DNA of 64,000 nucleotides. Origin: Candidatus Methanoxibalbensis ujae. GTDB lineage: Archaea > Halobacteriota > Syntropharchaeia > Alkanophagales > Methanospirareceae. The stretch is from the NCBI GenBank assembly GCA_026134085.1, contig JAOQIN010000005.1, positions 9,489 through 73,488 of the forward strand. Direction: 5' to 3'. Positions 9,878-19,887 of the stretch are shown here, in pieces. Each line of letters opens with the position of its first letter. Within the stretch, counting starts at the first letter, position 1. Below the pieces are notes generated by a model. It did not search any database, had not been told where the DNA came from, and saw nothing but the letters and a program-made list of their open reading frames with translations. Position numbers and translations under genes: made by a program.

Positions 9878-10771
9878 TTATTCCGCATCATCGCCCGCCC
9901 GCCACAGCCGAAAGCGAGGCGATGCAATCTCGCCCTCATAAACTTTTTCAGCAGGTCCCGTCAGGTATGCGGTGTCATTGTGCAGTTCAACAGTCAGCGT
10001 GCATCCTCTTGTCAGCACTTTGACAGGCTTTTTCGCGTCTATAAGTCCGAGCTTTTGCAGCGCAAAAACGGATGCTGTGGAGCCAGTGCCGCATGAAAGC
10101 GTCTCTCCAACGCCCCTCTCATATGTTCGCACTGCTATTTCATTCATCTCACTCCTGTCATCGCTGTCATCGCTGTCATCGCATCTGACAGCCACAAAAT
10201 TCACATTCACACCGCCGTCAAAGAGTGCTGAAATCCGGCGACCTATCGCATCAACATCAAAATCAAACGAATCAACGAGCATCACTGCATGCGGATTTCC
10301 AATGCTCAGCACAGTCAATCTGATCTCATCACTGCCCATCCTGAAAGGCGCATGAACACACTTGAATTCGGGCTTCCCCATCTCAACCCTCACTTCGCAG
10401 ACCTCCGCATCATCGCCAACTGCATCCACAATCTCAACGATGCGCACACCTCCCAATGTCTCAACACGCATCTTCCTCGGCGCGATGCCTTTATCATACG
10501 CATATTTCGCACAGCACCTTATGCCATTCCCGCTCATCTCCGCCTCTGAGCCATCCGCATTGAATATCCGCATTCTCACATCGTTCTCCGCGGAGTCGCA
10601 TACAAAAATCAAGCCGTCCGCACCAACGGAGAAACGCCGCCTGCAGAGCACACGAGCGATCTCCGAGAGCTCTCTTTCCGCAGCAGCCGATTCCTCCGAT
10701 GACACATTGAACTCATCTATCACAATGAAATCATTCCCACATCCATGCATTTTCGTGAAATTCAAACGCAT
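9878..10771 (-). CDS. dapF: Diaminopimelate epimerase (first catalytic Cys replaced by Ser)
   Basis: FTKMHGCGNDF, GADG, NADGSEAEMSGNG, GNPHAV, ERGVGETLSCGTG. Confidence 0.88.
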   Translation of the reverse strand: MRLNFTKMHGCGNDFIVIDEFNVSSEESAAAERELSEIARVLCRRRFSVGADGLIFVCDSAENDVRMRIFNADGSEAEMSGNGIRCCAKYAYDKGIAPRKMRVETLGGVRIVEIVDAVGDDAEVCEVRVEMGKPEFKCVHAPFRMGSDEIRLTVLSIGNPHAVMLVDSFDFDVDAIGRRISALFDGGVNVNFVAVRCDDSDDSDDRSEMNEIAVRTYERGVGETLSCGTGSTASVFALQKLGLIDAKKPVKVLTRGCTLTVELHNDTAYLTGPAEKVYEGEIASPRFRLWRAGDDAE

Positions 10772-11140
10772 ACTCCCACAAGATTATTTTAAAGAATTTA
10801 TTTTGCTATGAGATGCGGATTTCCCGTCATTGTCATTCCGCATGTCATTGTCATTCCGCATGTTGAATGTGGATAATATATGTGCTCACATGACTGTCAG
10901 AACCTCATAACTTTACCTCATGACTTTATATAAAAAAGGCTCGGGATGAGGATCTATGTCAACTGCTGCGAAGCAGGAGAGGCGTAAGCAGAAGAGAAGG
11001 CACTGCCTTAAGTGCCTGCTGCAGAAACGATCCATGTTATTGTTTGAAATTTGAACATCAATCATTGAGAGAACAGGTTTAATTCATGTCAAATCTGTCT
11101 ACCAAATGTCTCCATTCGAGAGGCGGGAAAAACCGATAGG

Positions 11141-11148
11141 TTTATATA
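11141..11148 (+). promoter_or_regulatory. TATA box upstream of a structured RNA and small zinc-finger gene
   Basis: TTTATATA preceded by purine-rich BRE-like sequence. Confidence 0.6.
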
Positions 11149-11169
11149 ACCCCCTGCGACAAAGGTTAT

Positions 11170-11260
11170 CCGATGAGGGGCAGGAGCTGCCCTGAATGCC
11201 TGTGGACGCCGAACTCAGCTGAGATGGCGGATGAAGCAGGAAGCCTCCTGAGGAGGCACA
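11170..11260 (+). ncRNA. Structured RNA resembling an IS605 omegaRNA/right end, with C/D-like (ATGA...CTGA) boxes
   Basis: GGGCAG-GAG-CTGCCC hairpin, GCCTGTGGA...GATGAAGCAGGAAGCC segment, GCCTCC-TGA-GGAGGC hairpin, end GAGGAGGCAC. Confidence 0.45.
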
Positions 11261-11281
11261 GAAGAATGGGAAGGAGGTGAT

Positions 11282-11542
11282 ATGAAGAAAATGGCAAAAG
11301 CCAGATGTCCGTACTGTTTGGAGATTGTAGAAGCAGCAGATGCTATGGAAAGGATGGTGGAGCATGTCCTCGAATCTCATCAGGGACACCTGAGAGGAGA
11401 CTTCCTCGCGGAGGGTAAGGGAAGAATGCAGAGATGCCAGTGCGGCGCACCGATAGAGAAGCCCACGCTCGTATGCACGAAATGTGGTGCTCCACTGCTT
11501 CCACAGTATGCAAAGTTCCTGATTGAGAGGATGCCCGCATAA
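11282..11542 (+). CDS. Small double zinc-finger protein (C2H2 plus zinc ribbon)
   Basis: GGAGGTGAT RBS; CPYC...HVLESH and CQC...CTKCG. Confidence 0.75.
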   Translation: MKKMAKARCPYCLEIVEAADAMERMVEHVLESHQGHLRGDFLAEGKGRMQRCQCGAPIEKPTLVCTKCGAPLLPQYAKFLIERMPA

Positions 11543-11672
11543 GCGCTGACGCATCGTTTTCATACTGCATCAAACATTTCATCCTCATTCTCATATTTTT
11601 TAAGTTCTATTTCATCTACTGATTTTATTTTTATTTTATTTTATTTTTATTCTCATTTGATTCCTTAGAATG

Positions 11673-11978
11673 TCAAAGCCAGACGATCTGAGCGTGTGGA
11701 ATGCCCTGGACACGCAGCACATTTGTGGGTTCTACGAATCCCTTTTCAATGGCAAACCTCACAGCGCTCTCGCCGACTATGTTTGCGACAGTTGCACGCT
11801 TCAGCGCGTTCAGCGCTTCCTTTTCAGATGCGAGATCTCCCTTGTAAAATGCTGGAGAGACCTCAAGTGATATTTCGCCTTCCCTGAATGTCCTGCCGAT
11901 AAGCTCACGATCACACAGCGCAACGACAATTTCCATACCAATTTTATATGTCCGCAGGTAAAATTTTTTCTGCTCCAC
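11673..11978 (-). CDS. DUF424 family protein
   Basis: VVALCDRELIGRTFREG..LEVSPAFYKG..ATVANIVG..GIPHAQI; start moved to GTG 11978 because the longer ORF overlaps the tRNA. Confidence 0.85.
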   Translation of the reverse strand: MEQKKFYLRTYKIGMEIVVALCDRELIGRTFREGEISLEVSPAFYKGDLASEKEALNALKRATVANIVGESAVRFAIEKGFVEPTNVLRVQGIPHAQIVWL

Positions 11979-12008
11979 ATAGATAATATAGGAGTGCAAA
12001 AAAGGAAT

Positions 12009-12082
12009 GGGCTCGTAGCTTAGCCTGGCGGAGCGCTCGGCTGATAACCGAGAGGTCCGGAGTTCGAATCTCCGCGGGCCCA
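12009..12082 (+). tRNA. tRNA-Ile(GAT)
   Basis: Acceptor GGGCTCG/CGGGCCC, anticodon arm CTCGG-CTGATAA-CCGAG, T-loop TTCGAAT; CCA not encoded. Confidence 0.96.
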
Positions 12083-12213
12083 TCCATCGCCATCACCTCC
12101 CACGAGATGTCCTGTGATGTGATGACATCTGCGACATCCGCGACGCAGAATAAAACAGAATAAAAGGGAAAAAAGAAAAAGAAAAAGCAAAAAAAGACGG
12201 AGAGGCGTGAGAT

Positions 12214-12591
12214 ATGATAGAGACAAGGGTTGTTGTGATTTCGCCTGACTCTGATGTGACGCCTGAGCAGTTAAAAAGCAGGGCGTTCATGCTTATAGAC
12301 GAGATGAACGCATCTGACATTCGTGTGAAAGACACATGCTTTGGCATTCTCATAGAGGGGGAGTCCGACATTATCAGGGCGATCGTTGAGGAGCTGCGTG
12401 CGCTTGATAGGAACGGCATATTTTCAAAGGTCAGGGGATTTCCCATAGGAGATGCGCGTATATGCAGAGCTACGAGGGGGGGAGGACCCCGTCCCGGCTT
12501 CCACCAGATGGAGATCGAGCACAAGCTTTTGCCGAAGGTTCGCAGGGCGCTTGATATGATTGATAAAAAAGGGGAGCACAGTAGCAGGTAG
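12214..12591 (+). CDS. Methanogenesis marker protein 6 (DUF2102)
   Basis: [35 protein letters not shown]. Confidence 0.85.
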   Translation: MIETRVVVISPDSDVTPEQLKSRAFMLIDEMNASDIRVKDTCFGILIEGESDIIRAIVEELRALDRNGIFSKVRGFPIGDARICRATRGGGPRPGFHQMEIEHKLLPKVRRALDMIDKKGEHSSR

Positions 12592-12609
12592 CGGCAGCGG
12601 TGATAATAT

Positions 12610-13800
12610 ATGTATATTGGGGAGGCATTGGTGGGAGAGGGTGCTGAGGTTGCGCATGTTGACCTGATAATAGGCAGCAAATACGGACCTGTGGGTGTTG
12701 CGTTCTCAAATGCACTGAGCCAACTGTCCGCGGGACACACACCTCTCCTCGCGGTGATCCGTCCCAACCTGCCCACAAAGCCCTCAACAATCGTCATTCC
12801 AAAAGTGACAGTTCGCAACATGAAGGACGCTGAGAAGATATTCGGTCCCGCGCAGAGCGCTGTAGCCAAGGCGATCGCAGATGCGGTTGAGGAGGGCATC
12901 ATTCCGGCTGATAAAGCTGAGGACATGGTTGTCATTGCGAGTGTTTTCATTCATCCGCGTGCGAAGGACTACAACAAGATATACAGATACAACTACGGAG
13001 CTGCGAAGCTCGCTGTAAAAAGGGCGATGGAGGGATTTCCTGATGTGAAGAAAGTGCTTTATGAGAAAGACCGCTCAAGGCATCCTCTCATAGGGATGAA
13101 GGTGACGAAGCTGTGGGACCCTCCATATCTGCAGATTGCGCTTGACATTCCCTCATGGGAAAAAATGGAGAGGGTTGTGCGTGAGTTGCCGAAGAGTGAT
13201 CATCTGATAATTGAGGTGGGAACACCGCTCATAAAGAAGTATGGCGTGAGCTTCGTTGAGAGGGTCAAGGAGATAAGACCGGAGACATTTGTCGTTGCTG
13301 ATTTCAAGGTGCTTGATACGGGCAACCTTGAGGCGAGGATAGTCGCAGATGCGGGCGGCGATGCCGTCGTGATTTCAGGGCTTGCAGCAATGAGAACAAT
13401 TCAGAAAGCGATAGAAGAGGCGCACAAAACTGGAATTTACGCTTACATAGACATGATGAATGTTCCATCGCCAGCTGAGCTGCTCCGTGGGCTGGGCATG
13501 GGCGGTTCTTTTCCAGATGTTGTTGAGATGCATCGCGCGATTGATGTGGAAGTGGAGCAGGAGCATGCGTGGGGCGACATCTCGGAGATAAAGAATGCCG
13601 CATCTGGTAAAGTTCTCGTGGCAGTGGCAGGTGGCATTCGCGAGGACACCGCACCGCTCGCACTGCGGGCAGGCGCAGAGATCCTGGTTGTCGGAAGGGC
13701 TGTCACAAACGCACAGGATGTTGAGGGCGCATGCAGAAGATTTCTCAGAATACTGAGAAAGGAAGAAATAGATCAATACAGGGTGATGACTGACTTCTGA
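12610..13800 (+). CDS. fae-hps: Bifunctional formaldehyde-activating enzyme / 3-hexulose-6-phosphate synthase
   Basis: [28 protein letters not shown] (Fae); [35 protein letters not shown] (HPS). Confidence 0.95.
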   Translation: MYIGEALVGEGAEVAHVDLIIGSKYGPVGVAFSNALSQLSAGHTPLLAVIRPNLPTKPSTIVIPKVTVRNMKDAEKIFGPAQSAVAKAIADAVEEGIIPADKAEDMVVIASVFIHPRAKDYNKIYRYNYGAAKLAVKRAMEGFPDVKKVLYEKDRSRHPLIGMKVTKLWDPPYLQIALDIPSWEKMERVVRELPKSDHLIIEVGTPLIKKYGVSFVERVKEIRPETFVVADFKVLDTGNLEARIVADAGGDAVVISGLAAMRTIQKAIEEAHKTGIYAYIDMMNVPSPAELLRGLGMGGSFPDVVEMHRAIDVEVEQEHAWGDISEIKNAASGKVLVAVAGGIREDTAPLALRAGAEILVVGRAVTNAQDVEGACRRFLRILRKEEIDQYRVMTDF

Positions 13801-13859
13801 GCGTCCAGAAACAAAACATATTTATCTGAAGACATACATCTACAATTTCGGTGAGACGA

Positions 13860-14252
13860 ATGGAGCATGAAACTGTGATAATATGTAAGGACGGGACTGT
13901 GAACTCTTTTATAAGTTGCGTTGTCGCTGCAGCTAACAAGAAGAAAGCTGGAGAGGATGTGTGTGTGGTGTTCATGGATGAGGCACTTGCAGCAATCGCG
14001 GATAAGAAGCTCAGGTGGAGCCCGGGTCTTGAAGCCCGCGCAGACGCTATAAAAGCTGAGATGGAAAAGCGCAATATGACTGTTGAGCTTGATGGACTCA
14101 TAAAAATGGCAAAAGATGCTGGCGTTCCACTATACGCAAACATGGGATGGGTGAAAATACTCGCAATATCCCAGCCCGAAGGACTTGAACCGCTCGAACT
14201 TAAGGACTTCCTGGACGGACTCTCAAAAGCAAAACAGGTTATAACTATGTGA
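13860..14252 (+). CDS. DsrE/DsrF-like protein
   Basis: AGEDVCVVFMDEAL, LIKMAKDAGVPLYA, FLDGLSKAKQVITM pattern. Confidence 0.65.
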   Translation: MEHETVIICKDGTVNSFISCVVAAANKKKAGEDVCVVFMDEALAAIADKKLRWSPGLEARADAIKAEMEKRNMTVELDGLIKMAKDAGVPLYANMGWVKILAISQPEGLEPLELKDFLDGLSKAKQVITM

Positions 14253-15119
14253 TTTTTTGTTGTTTTCGGTTATTTTTTATTTTATTTTATTTTTTGTTTT
14301 TTGTTTTTTGTTTTTATTTGTTTATATTATTGCGTTTTTATTTATTTGACTTTTCCCCTTCAAAGGGGGGAGGGGGTTTTAAGGGAGGGAATTTGAGGTA
14401 ACAGGAGAAGGAGATATGGAAGCGGATGCGTCTTACTTCCGGAGATGATTGTTTCTGAGGAAAAAGAGGTGGAGAGAAGGGATCAAAACTGCGGTTCCTT
14501 AAATGTATGGGGTGCGGAATGGGGTGCGGCAGACAAAGACCTCATTTGAGCATCATCAGCTTCAGGGAGATTTTCCTCATTTTGAAGGAAGGCAAAATCG
14601 GCACTGAATCCGGATTATGATTCGGTGCTTTTGCCCATGAAGTGAAACAGCTTCTATGTGAAGATCACGAAGTATTTGGTATAGAATTGGATGAGGTATC
14701 AGAATATAATAGGAATAAGGGAGGGAAAGGCGAGGAGAGGAGCATCACGATGGGGAGATCAGAAGTGATGGTTGAGATGAAGGTGAAGCTGATCGGCGGG
14801 GAACTCAGATGAACACACTATCAATGAAACCCGTTTGATCTTCCTCCTATAATCCACGAACATGAGCCTATTTTTTATTAGCTTTTCAGTGAAACCGGGC
14901 GATGTGACAGCAGTCTTTCATCTCATTGTCATTCCATTTTTTGGAAAAATCACATTCCCCTGAATGCTTTCATTAACTCAACATGCACGGCATTAGCATG
15001 CGTTGAGCTTGCTTAGCTTGCGTTGTCGGGGCGTGGAAACAGAAAGGGAAACAGAGAGATAAAGAGAGAAAAAAAGAAAAAAATGGAGTTGCGAGAGCAG
15101 CTGAAATTGGGCGAAAGCC

Positions 15120-15542
15120 TCACTTGGGCACGGATGGCACGAATATCCAGCCGACGACAACTTCGTCCTTCGTCAGGAGGACCTTTACTAAATCTCCGAA
15201 TCTCTGTCTGACGACCAGAGGGCCCACATCAACATCATCAAGCTCCACGCCACTGCAGATTATGCCTATCGCCGTGCTGTTGCACATGATTATCCCTATT
15301 TCCCTGCCCCTTATGTCTGTGAGTTCGAACACCTCACTCTCATTAAGCGTGTTTTTCGCATCCTCAAGAATCTCATCAACATCTATGTCGTTGGAGCAAC
15401 AGAGCCCCATCAAACCACGTGCATTGCCCATCATTACTCCCTGCACTGTATTATGCTGCGCTGAAACCACATAACCTGAAAGCACCGTTGCAATCACCAC
15501 AGTAACAACAATTGTTCCGATGATTCCTCCAAATTTCCTCAT
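15120..15542 (-). CDS. Hypothetical exported protein
   Basis: GGAGGTGA RBS before ATG 15542; N-terminal hydrophobic segment; MMG-rich linker. Confidence 0.65.
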   Translation of the reverse strand: MRKFGGIIGTIVVTVVIATVLSGYVVSAQHNTVQGVMMGNARGLMGLCCSNDIDVDEILEDAKNTLNESEVFELTDIRGREIGIIMCNSTAIGIICSGVELDDVDVGPLVVRQRFGDLVKVLLTKDEVVVGWIFVPSVPK

Positions 15543-15697
15543 TTTCACATCACCTCCTTTCCATTCCTCACTGAAATATTCAAAAATTATGATTATTAGC
15601 TTTCTCATTTTACAGAATTGTTGCCATATCTCGCCCATATCCCATCATAATTGATTCCAGATTTTTCCCAAATTTTCCCCAAATGCTGCATGTGCTC

Positions 15698-16060
15698 TCA
15701 TTTAAGGCTTATGTAGAGCAGTATGAGCAATGCGATGAACTCAAATAAGTCCGGCATCACTGAAAAATATCCAATTACGGGATATCTGTGATATTGATAG
15801 AATATAAGATTTGAAGTGAGTGCATGCATGATGAGCAGAACAATGAATGCGACAAGCCCAAGTGCAAACTTTGACTTCATCTGTTCGTAGTTTTTCAGAT
15901 ATATAAATAGAAGAGATATGAGTAATATCAGGTTTCCAAAAGTCAAAATCGCTTTTATATGTATCAACGGCATTCCATGCCGCGCAGCTGCCGAGTATGT
16001 GAGTTCCGTGAATGTTCCAATTACTGCAATAATGTTATTCAATGTTATGTCCATGATCAT
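15698..16060 (-). CDS. Small multi-pass membrane protein
   Basis: 3-4 TM helices with YLKNYEQMKSKFALGL; lies next to a winged-HTH regulator. Confidence 0.7.
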   Translation of the reverse strand: MIMDITLNNIIAVIGTFTELTYSAAARHGMPLIHIKAILTFGNLILLISLLFIYLKNYEQMKSKFALGLVAFIVLLIMHALTSNLIFYQYHRYPVIGYFSVMPDLFEFIALLILLYISLK

Positions 16061-16262
16061 GTCTATCACCACAATTATGATAAACCACAAGATAACCACG
16101 GTCTATCACGAAGTCCATGCGATTACTACATCCTTCCGACTCCACACACCTCTTCATCTCATTCACACTTCTCATCCTCGCTATCCCTCCATCCTCATCA
16201 TGCCATCATGCCTCATCACTCATCATGCCTCATCATGCCTGATACACATTACTCCAACATGC

Positions 16263-16586
16263 TCATTTCCTCTCACTCTCTTCTCCCTTTCCGTGCTCCT
16301 TCTCAAATTTCTCCCACATTCTGTTCAGAAAATCCTCAAAAATTTCATATTCACGCTCCATATGTGCGGATAGAAAATAAACAACACCATATTTATCGCC
16401 TGCTGACTCTATAACACCATTATCCTGCAAAATTTTCAGATGATGTCTCACTGTTTTATAATCTAAATTGAGGAGTTCTGCAAGTTGATTTGCATTATAT
16501 GGCCTTTCTTTAAGCGCTTTAATTATAAGTGCGCGGTTCATACCTCCCTTACTGCCAACGAGCAACCACCAAATTATTCGTTTCAC
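16263..16586 (-). CDS. ArsR-like winged helix-turn-helix transcriptional regulator
   Basis: WWLLVGSKGGMNRALIIKALKERPYNANQLAELLNLDYKTVRHHLKIL. Confidence 0.88.
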   Translation of the reverse strand: MKRIIWWLLVGSKGGMNRALIIKALKERPYNANQLAELLNLDYKTVRHHLKILQDNGVIESAGDKYGVVYFLSAHMEREYEIFEDFLNRMWEKFEKEHGKGEESERK

Positions 16587-16798
16587 ATGGATACTATCCC
16601 CGCCCAAAAGATATATTGACAGCCGCATATGGCAACATCAGTCGCATCCTCCAACGGGCGTTCATCCTCGCCAGCAATGCTGCTCAAACACTTCGCTTCA
16701 CAACAGTCGCTTTTCAGCTTCCATTTTTCAGTTTTTGTTTCATTCAGTTTCTGTTTTATTCAGTTTCATTCAGTTTCAGGTTTCATTCAGTTTCAGTT

Positions 16799-18532
16799 TC
16801 AGGAAATCCACTGTGAGAGTGTGCCGTCGGTGCAATGTCGTCTGATTCGTTTTTTGCGCCTCTGTTTTATCGGATTTTCATAATTCTCATAATTTTTTTC
16901 ATCGCAGTGCTTCACAACTGCATCATCAAAGTTCAATCCCGACCAGCATATCTTGTAGCCCATTTCCGGCAGGATGTCAGGAGACAGTCCGTATCTGCTG
17001 AGAACTGCCGAGACTTCTGCAAGACGCTTGGGCTCTTTTAACGCATCTATATCAGATTTCACACTTTCAATGATCTTTTTTCTCACTGCATAATAGCCTA
17101 TGACAGAATATCCGCACTTCTTCGCTTTTTCCATGACATCTTTTATGTTTATGAGATACACATCTGCAACATGACGCAGATTCACAACATCTTCATCAGT
17201 CACAATATGGGGTTCCGCCCTCAATTTCCGCTCTATCCTGCGTGCAACTTCATTATACGGTATTTTTGATGAGAATAAAACGACATCATCAGATACCATG
17301 TCAAATCTTCCATATTCCTCTCTCGCTATTATGATGAGGGGCACGCTCGCATTTCTCACCTTTTCAACCTTTGAGCGCAGATATTCGGGGGTCCAGAAAC
17401 CGACAATCTCTATGTAAACCTCCCTTTCAGATTCGGCTCTGTCTTCGCCCTGGCGATGCGCTGCGCGATTGTCGTGATGATGCCCGCGCACGTCGCTGTC
17501 ATCGCTGTCATCGCTGCCACCGCCGCATTTATCGCTTCGTATGCGTACAGCGAAGTCCGGGATAAATGCGTGCTTACCCGCTTTCACTATTGCGGGTTCC
17601 CTTATGACCTCGTATGATCTGTTTATAGCCCTTATGTTTCTTGCAAATTCCTCCTCAAGAGAGGAATCGTATGAGATATGCTCCTCATTTCTAGGAAATA
17701 GAAAAGCACGTGAGGAATCAATCTCCATCATGTATATTCTGCTGGCATCAAGAATCTCCGCACGAATCCACCACGCATTCGCACTCAGGACAGATGGTAT
17801 CAGCTTGGCCATAGCCGTTCCATATTTGCGCGTCATCTTCAGAATGGATGCTGCACCGGTTATCTCAACAAGCAGAATGTGCTCGTCACTCCCACCTCCT
17901 ATCTTCATTATCCTCGCTGCATCGCTCTCTTCAGCCTCGTAAATGTCATACATCAATCCAAGCCATTTTATGCGCCTGAAAATATCTTTGTAATTGGAAC
18001 CCGTCCAGAATGTCATCCTCAAAGAATCAAACAGAGCAGTTTGTAAAAGAGAAAGATTGTAAAATTTTATTAAATCCGATGCATTTATTTTGTTTATATG
18101 CGATATTATCATCTCTTCCTCCATATCAGCGAACATTGCATGCTCTATTTCATCAATTGTTGTCTCAAATTTCTCAGCAGCATGCATCAAAATTTTCTCT
18201 CTCTCCTCTTCCTTTGTCACGAAACCTCTGGAAAAGAGGAACATACGCAGTTTCATCGGATCAACTGATGTGCATATATCAAATCTGCAAAATCTCTCAA
18301 GCACCTTCGCAAATCCACGCACCTTCCGGTAGTTTGAGGCGTTCTCAAGCGATTTCAATTGCTCCATCGCATCTCCATATCTCCTGCCGAGATGCATCCT
18401 GAAAACATCCATCACGATTTCCGCCAATTCCACATCAGATGCGCTGGCAAATCTCGGATATATCTTCCCCCGTATCTTTCGCACTTCAAGCAAATCCTTC
18501 GGCAGCATTCCTCTATCCCTATCATATCTCAC
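16799..18532 (-). CDS. DUF790 family (Bax1-like) PD-(D/E)xK endonuclease
   Basis: MLPKDLL, YNLSLLQT, GLMY, TRKYG..MAKLIP, YDSSLEEEF, REP, IPDF..IEIVGFWTPEYL. Confidence 0.85.
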   Translation of the reverse strand: MRYDRDRGMLPKDLLEVRKIRGKIYPRFASASDVELAEIVMDVFRMHLGRRYGDAMEQLKSLENASNYRKVRGFAKVLERFCRFDICTSVDPMKLRMFLFSRGFVTKEEEREKILMHAAEKFETTIDEIEHAMFADMEEEMIISHINKINASDLIKFYNLSLLQTALFDSLRMTFWTGSNYKDIFRRIKWLGLMYDIYEAEESDAARIMKIGGGSDEHILLVEITGAASILKMTRKYGTAMAKLIPSVLSANAWWIRAEILDASRIYMMEIDSSRAFLFPRNEEHISYDSSLEEEFARNIRAINRSYEVIREPAIVKAGKHAFIPDFAVRIRSDKCGGGSDDSDDSDVRGHHHDNRAAHRQGEDRAESEREVYIEIVGFWTPEYLRSKVEKVRNASVPLIIIAREEYGRFDMVSDDVVLFSSKIPYNEVARRIERKLRAEPHIVTDEDVVNLRHVADVYLINIKDVMEKAKKCGYSVIGYYAVRKKIIESVKSDIDALKEPKRLAEVSAVLSRYGLSPDILPEMGYKICWSGLNFDDAVVKHCDEKNYENYENPIKQRRKKRIRRHCTDGTLSQWIS

Positions 18533-18886
18533 TCAATAATTTACATCTCATCTCTCTCATCTGTCTTCATCCGGCTCACTCTCCAGCTCGCTCCTGTCGC
18601 AGGAAGATCACGGCACTTCACTACCTTCCATACCTCCAGATGGAGCGCTTACAATGATAAACAATAGGAATCCACACCAGGAAATTACAATCACAGAATA
18701 TCGCCATACAGAGTAAATAACCCACATCCCGCTTCCAATGGCTCTGTAAGAGCGATCTGTTTCATCAGGCAATTCCATCATGGACGATGAAAAAGGAGGC
18801 GTCATTGTGGCAGCGGCACCGCGCTTGTCAAAATAGGGATAGGGATTGCCAAGAATATATCAAGAGAATTCAAAAGATTGAAAAAT

Positions 18887-19850
18887 TATAGTATCTGACA
18901 TAACTAACTTAACTAATATTCAAGAATTTCTTAATCCACTTTTCTGCAAATTCTTTGTGTCGGCTCATAAAAATTATTCGAGAGGACTCGCTTAAGCTCA
19001 TCCAATGTTTTAATGAAGAGAGGTGAAAGAACTCTCTTTATGATCCTCCAGATCTGCTCAATTGGATTCAGATCAGGTAAGGTGGTAGGATGACAAGAAT
19101 TATGTTCAGCTTTTTTGCTTCTCTCCTCGTTTTCTTAGCCCAGTGTTGAAGTTATCAAGAATGATATGGTTCTGGATTCCTTTCTCTTATCTTCTCCAGA
19201 AACTCACATACAGATTCCTTCTTTGAATTTTCCTTAAAATCTATGACACTCTCGCCATCTATTGCATAGAAACCGAAATGCTCTAAGCCTTGTGGTGATT
19301 AACAACAGGTTTATTGAATGACCACAAGCATTGAGTGTTTGAAATGAGTTGAGGTGAAGTCTCATCCAGAAATCCTGCATTCTTCCAATCAAGTTCATCA
19401 AGTTTAAGCTCTTCTTCAGCATTCTCAGGTCTTCTCCTTTTGATAAGTTAAGTATTTCATTCCAAATCAGTATTCTGCTGACATACTTATGCTGTATTCA
19501 ACACCAAATTCATTTTTGATTAATTCTCCTACCTCTTTAGTCAATCATCTCTCTTTTCAATTTGAGTTTTTCTTTTTCCTTTTCAGTTAGTTCTGAATAC
19601 CTCCACCATAAGTTTAAGCCCAATCCTTTTTCGTTCCAGTTCTCAAGCCATAACCTATAACTTTGCTTACACTTAGCTGCTTCAGGAACAGTTGCTCCCT
19701 TGTCTCTTTGATGAAGAAAAGTTAGGACTTCTGCACAAACCTTTCCGAATCTCTTCGTTCAGCTCTTCTAAGGCCACTTAACAACTTCTTTTTCTGGTTT
19801 TCGTCCCTTGTGGTTAATATGTTGTTAAAAATGTTTTGTCTAATACTCTA
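18887..19850 (-). mobile_element. IS630-family insertion sequence, transposase pseudogenised
   Basis: Fragments PDLNPIEQIWRIIKR, TKEVGELIKNEFGVEYS, GATVPEAAK; imperfect TIRs TATAGTATCTGACATAAC (18887) and TAGAGTATTAGACAAAAC (reverse complement of 19833-19850). Confidence 0.85.
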
Positions 19851-19887
19851 AAAGGGAAATCAAAGCTGTTGAAGAGGAGCTCCTCCA

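Noticed and set aside
10956..11054. 32-aa basic ORF MSTAAKQERRKQKRRHCLKC... after a TATA-like sequence
   Set aside because: Too short, with no recognisable family; cannot be supported without conservation data
11979..12083. N-terminal extension of the DUF424 ORF
   Set aside because: It is antisense to tRNA-Ile, an ORF-calling artefact
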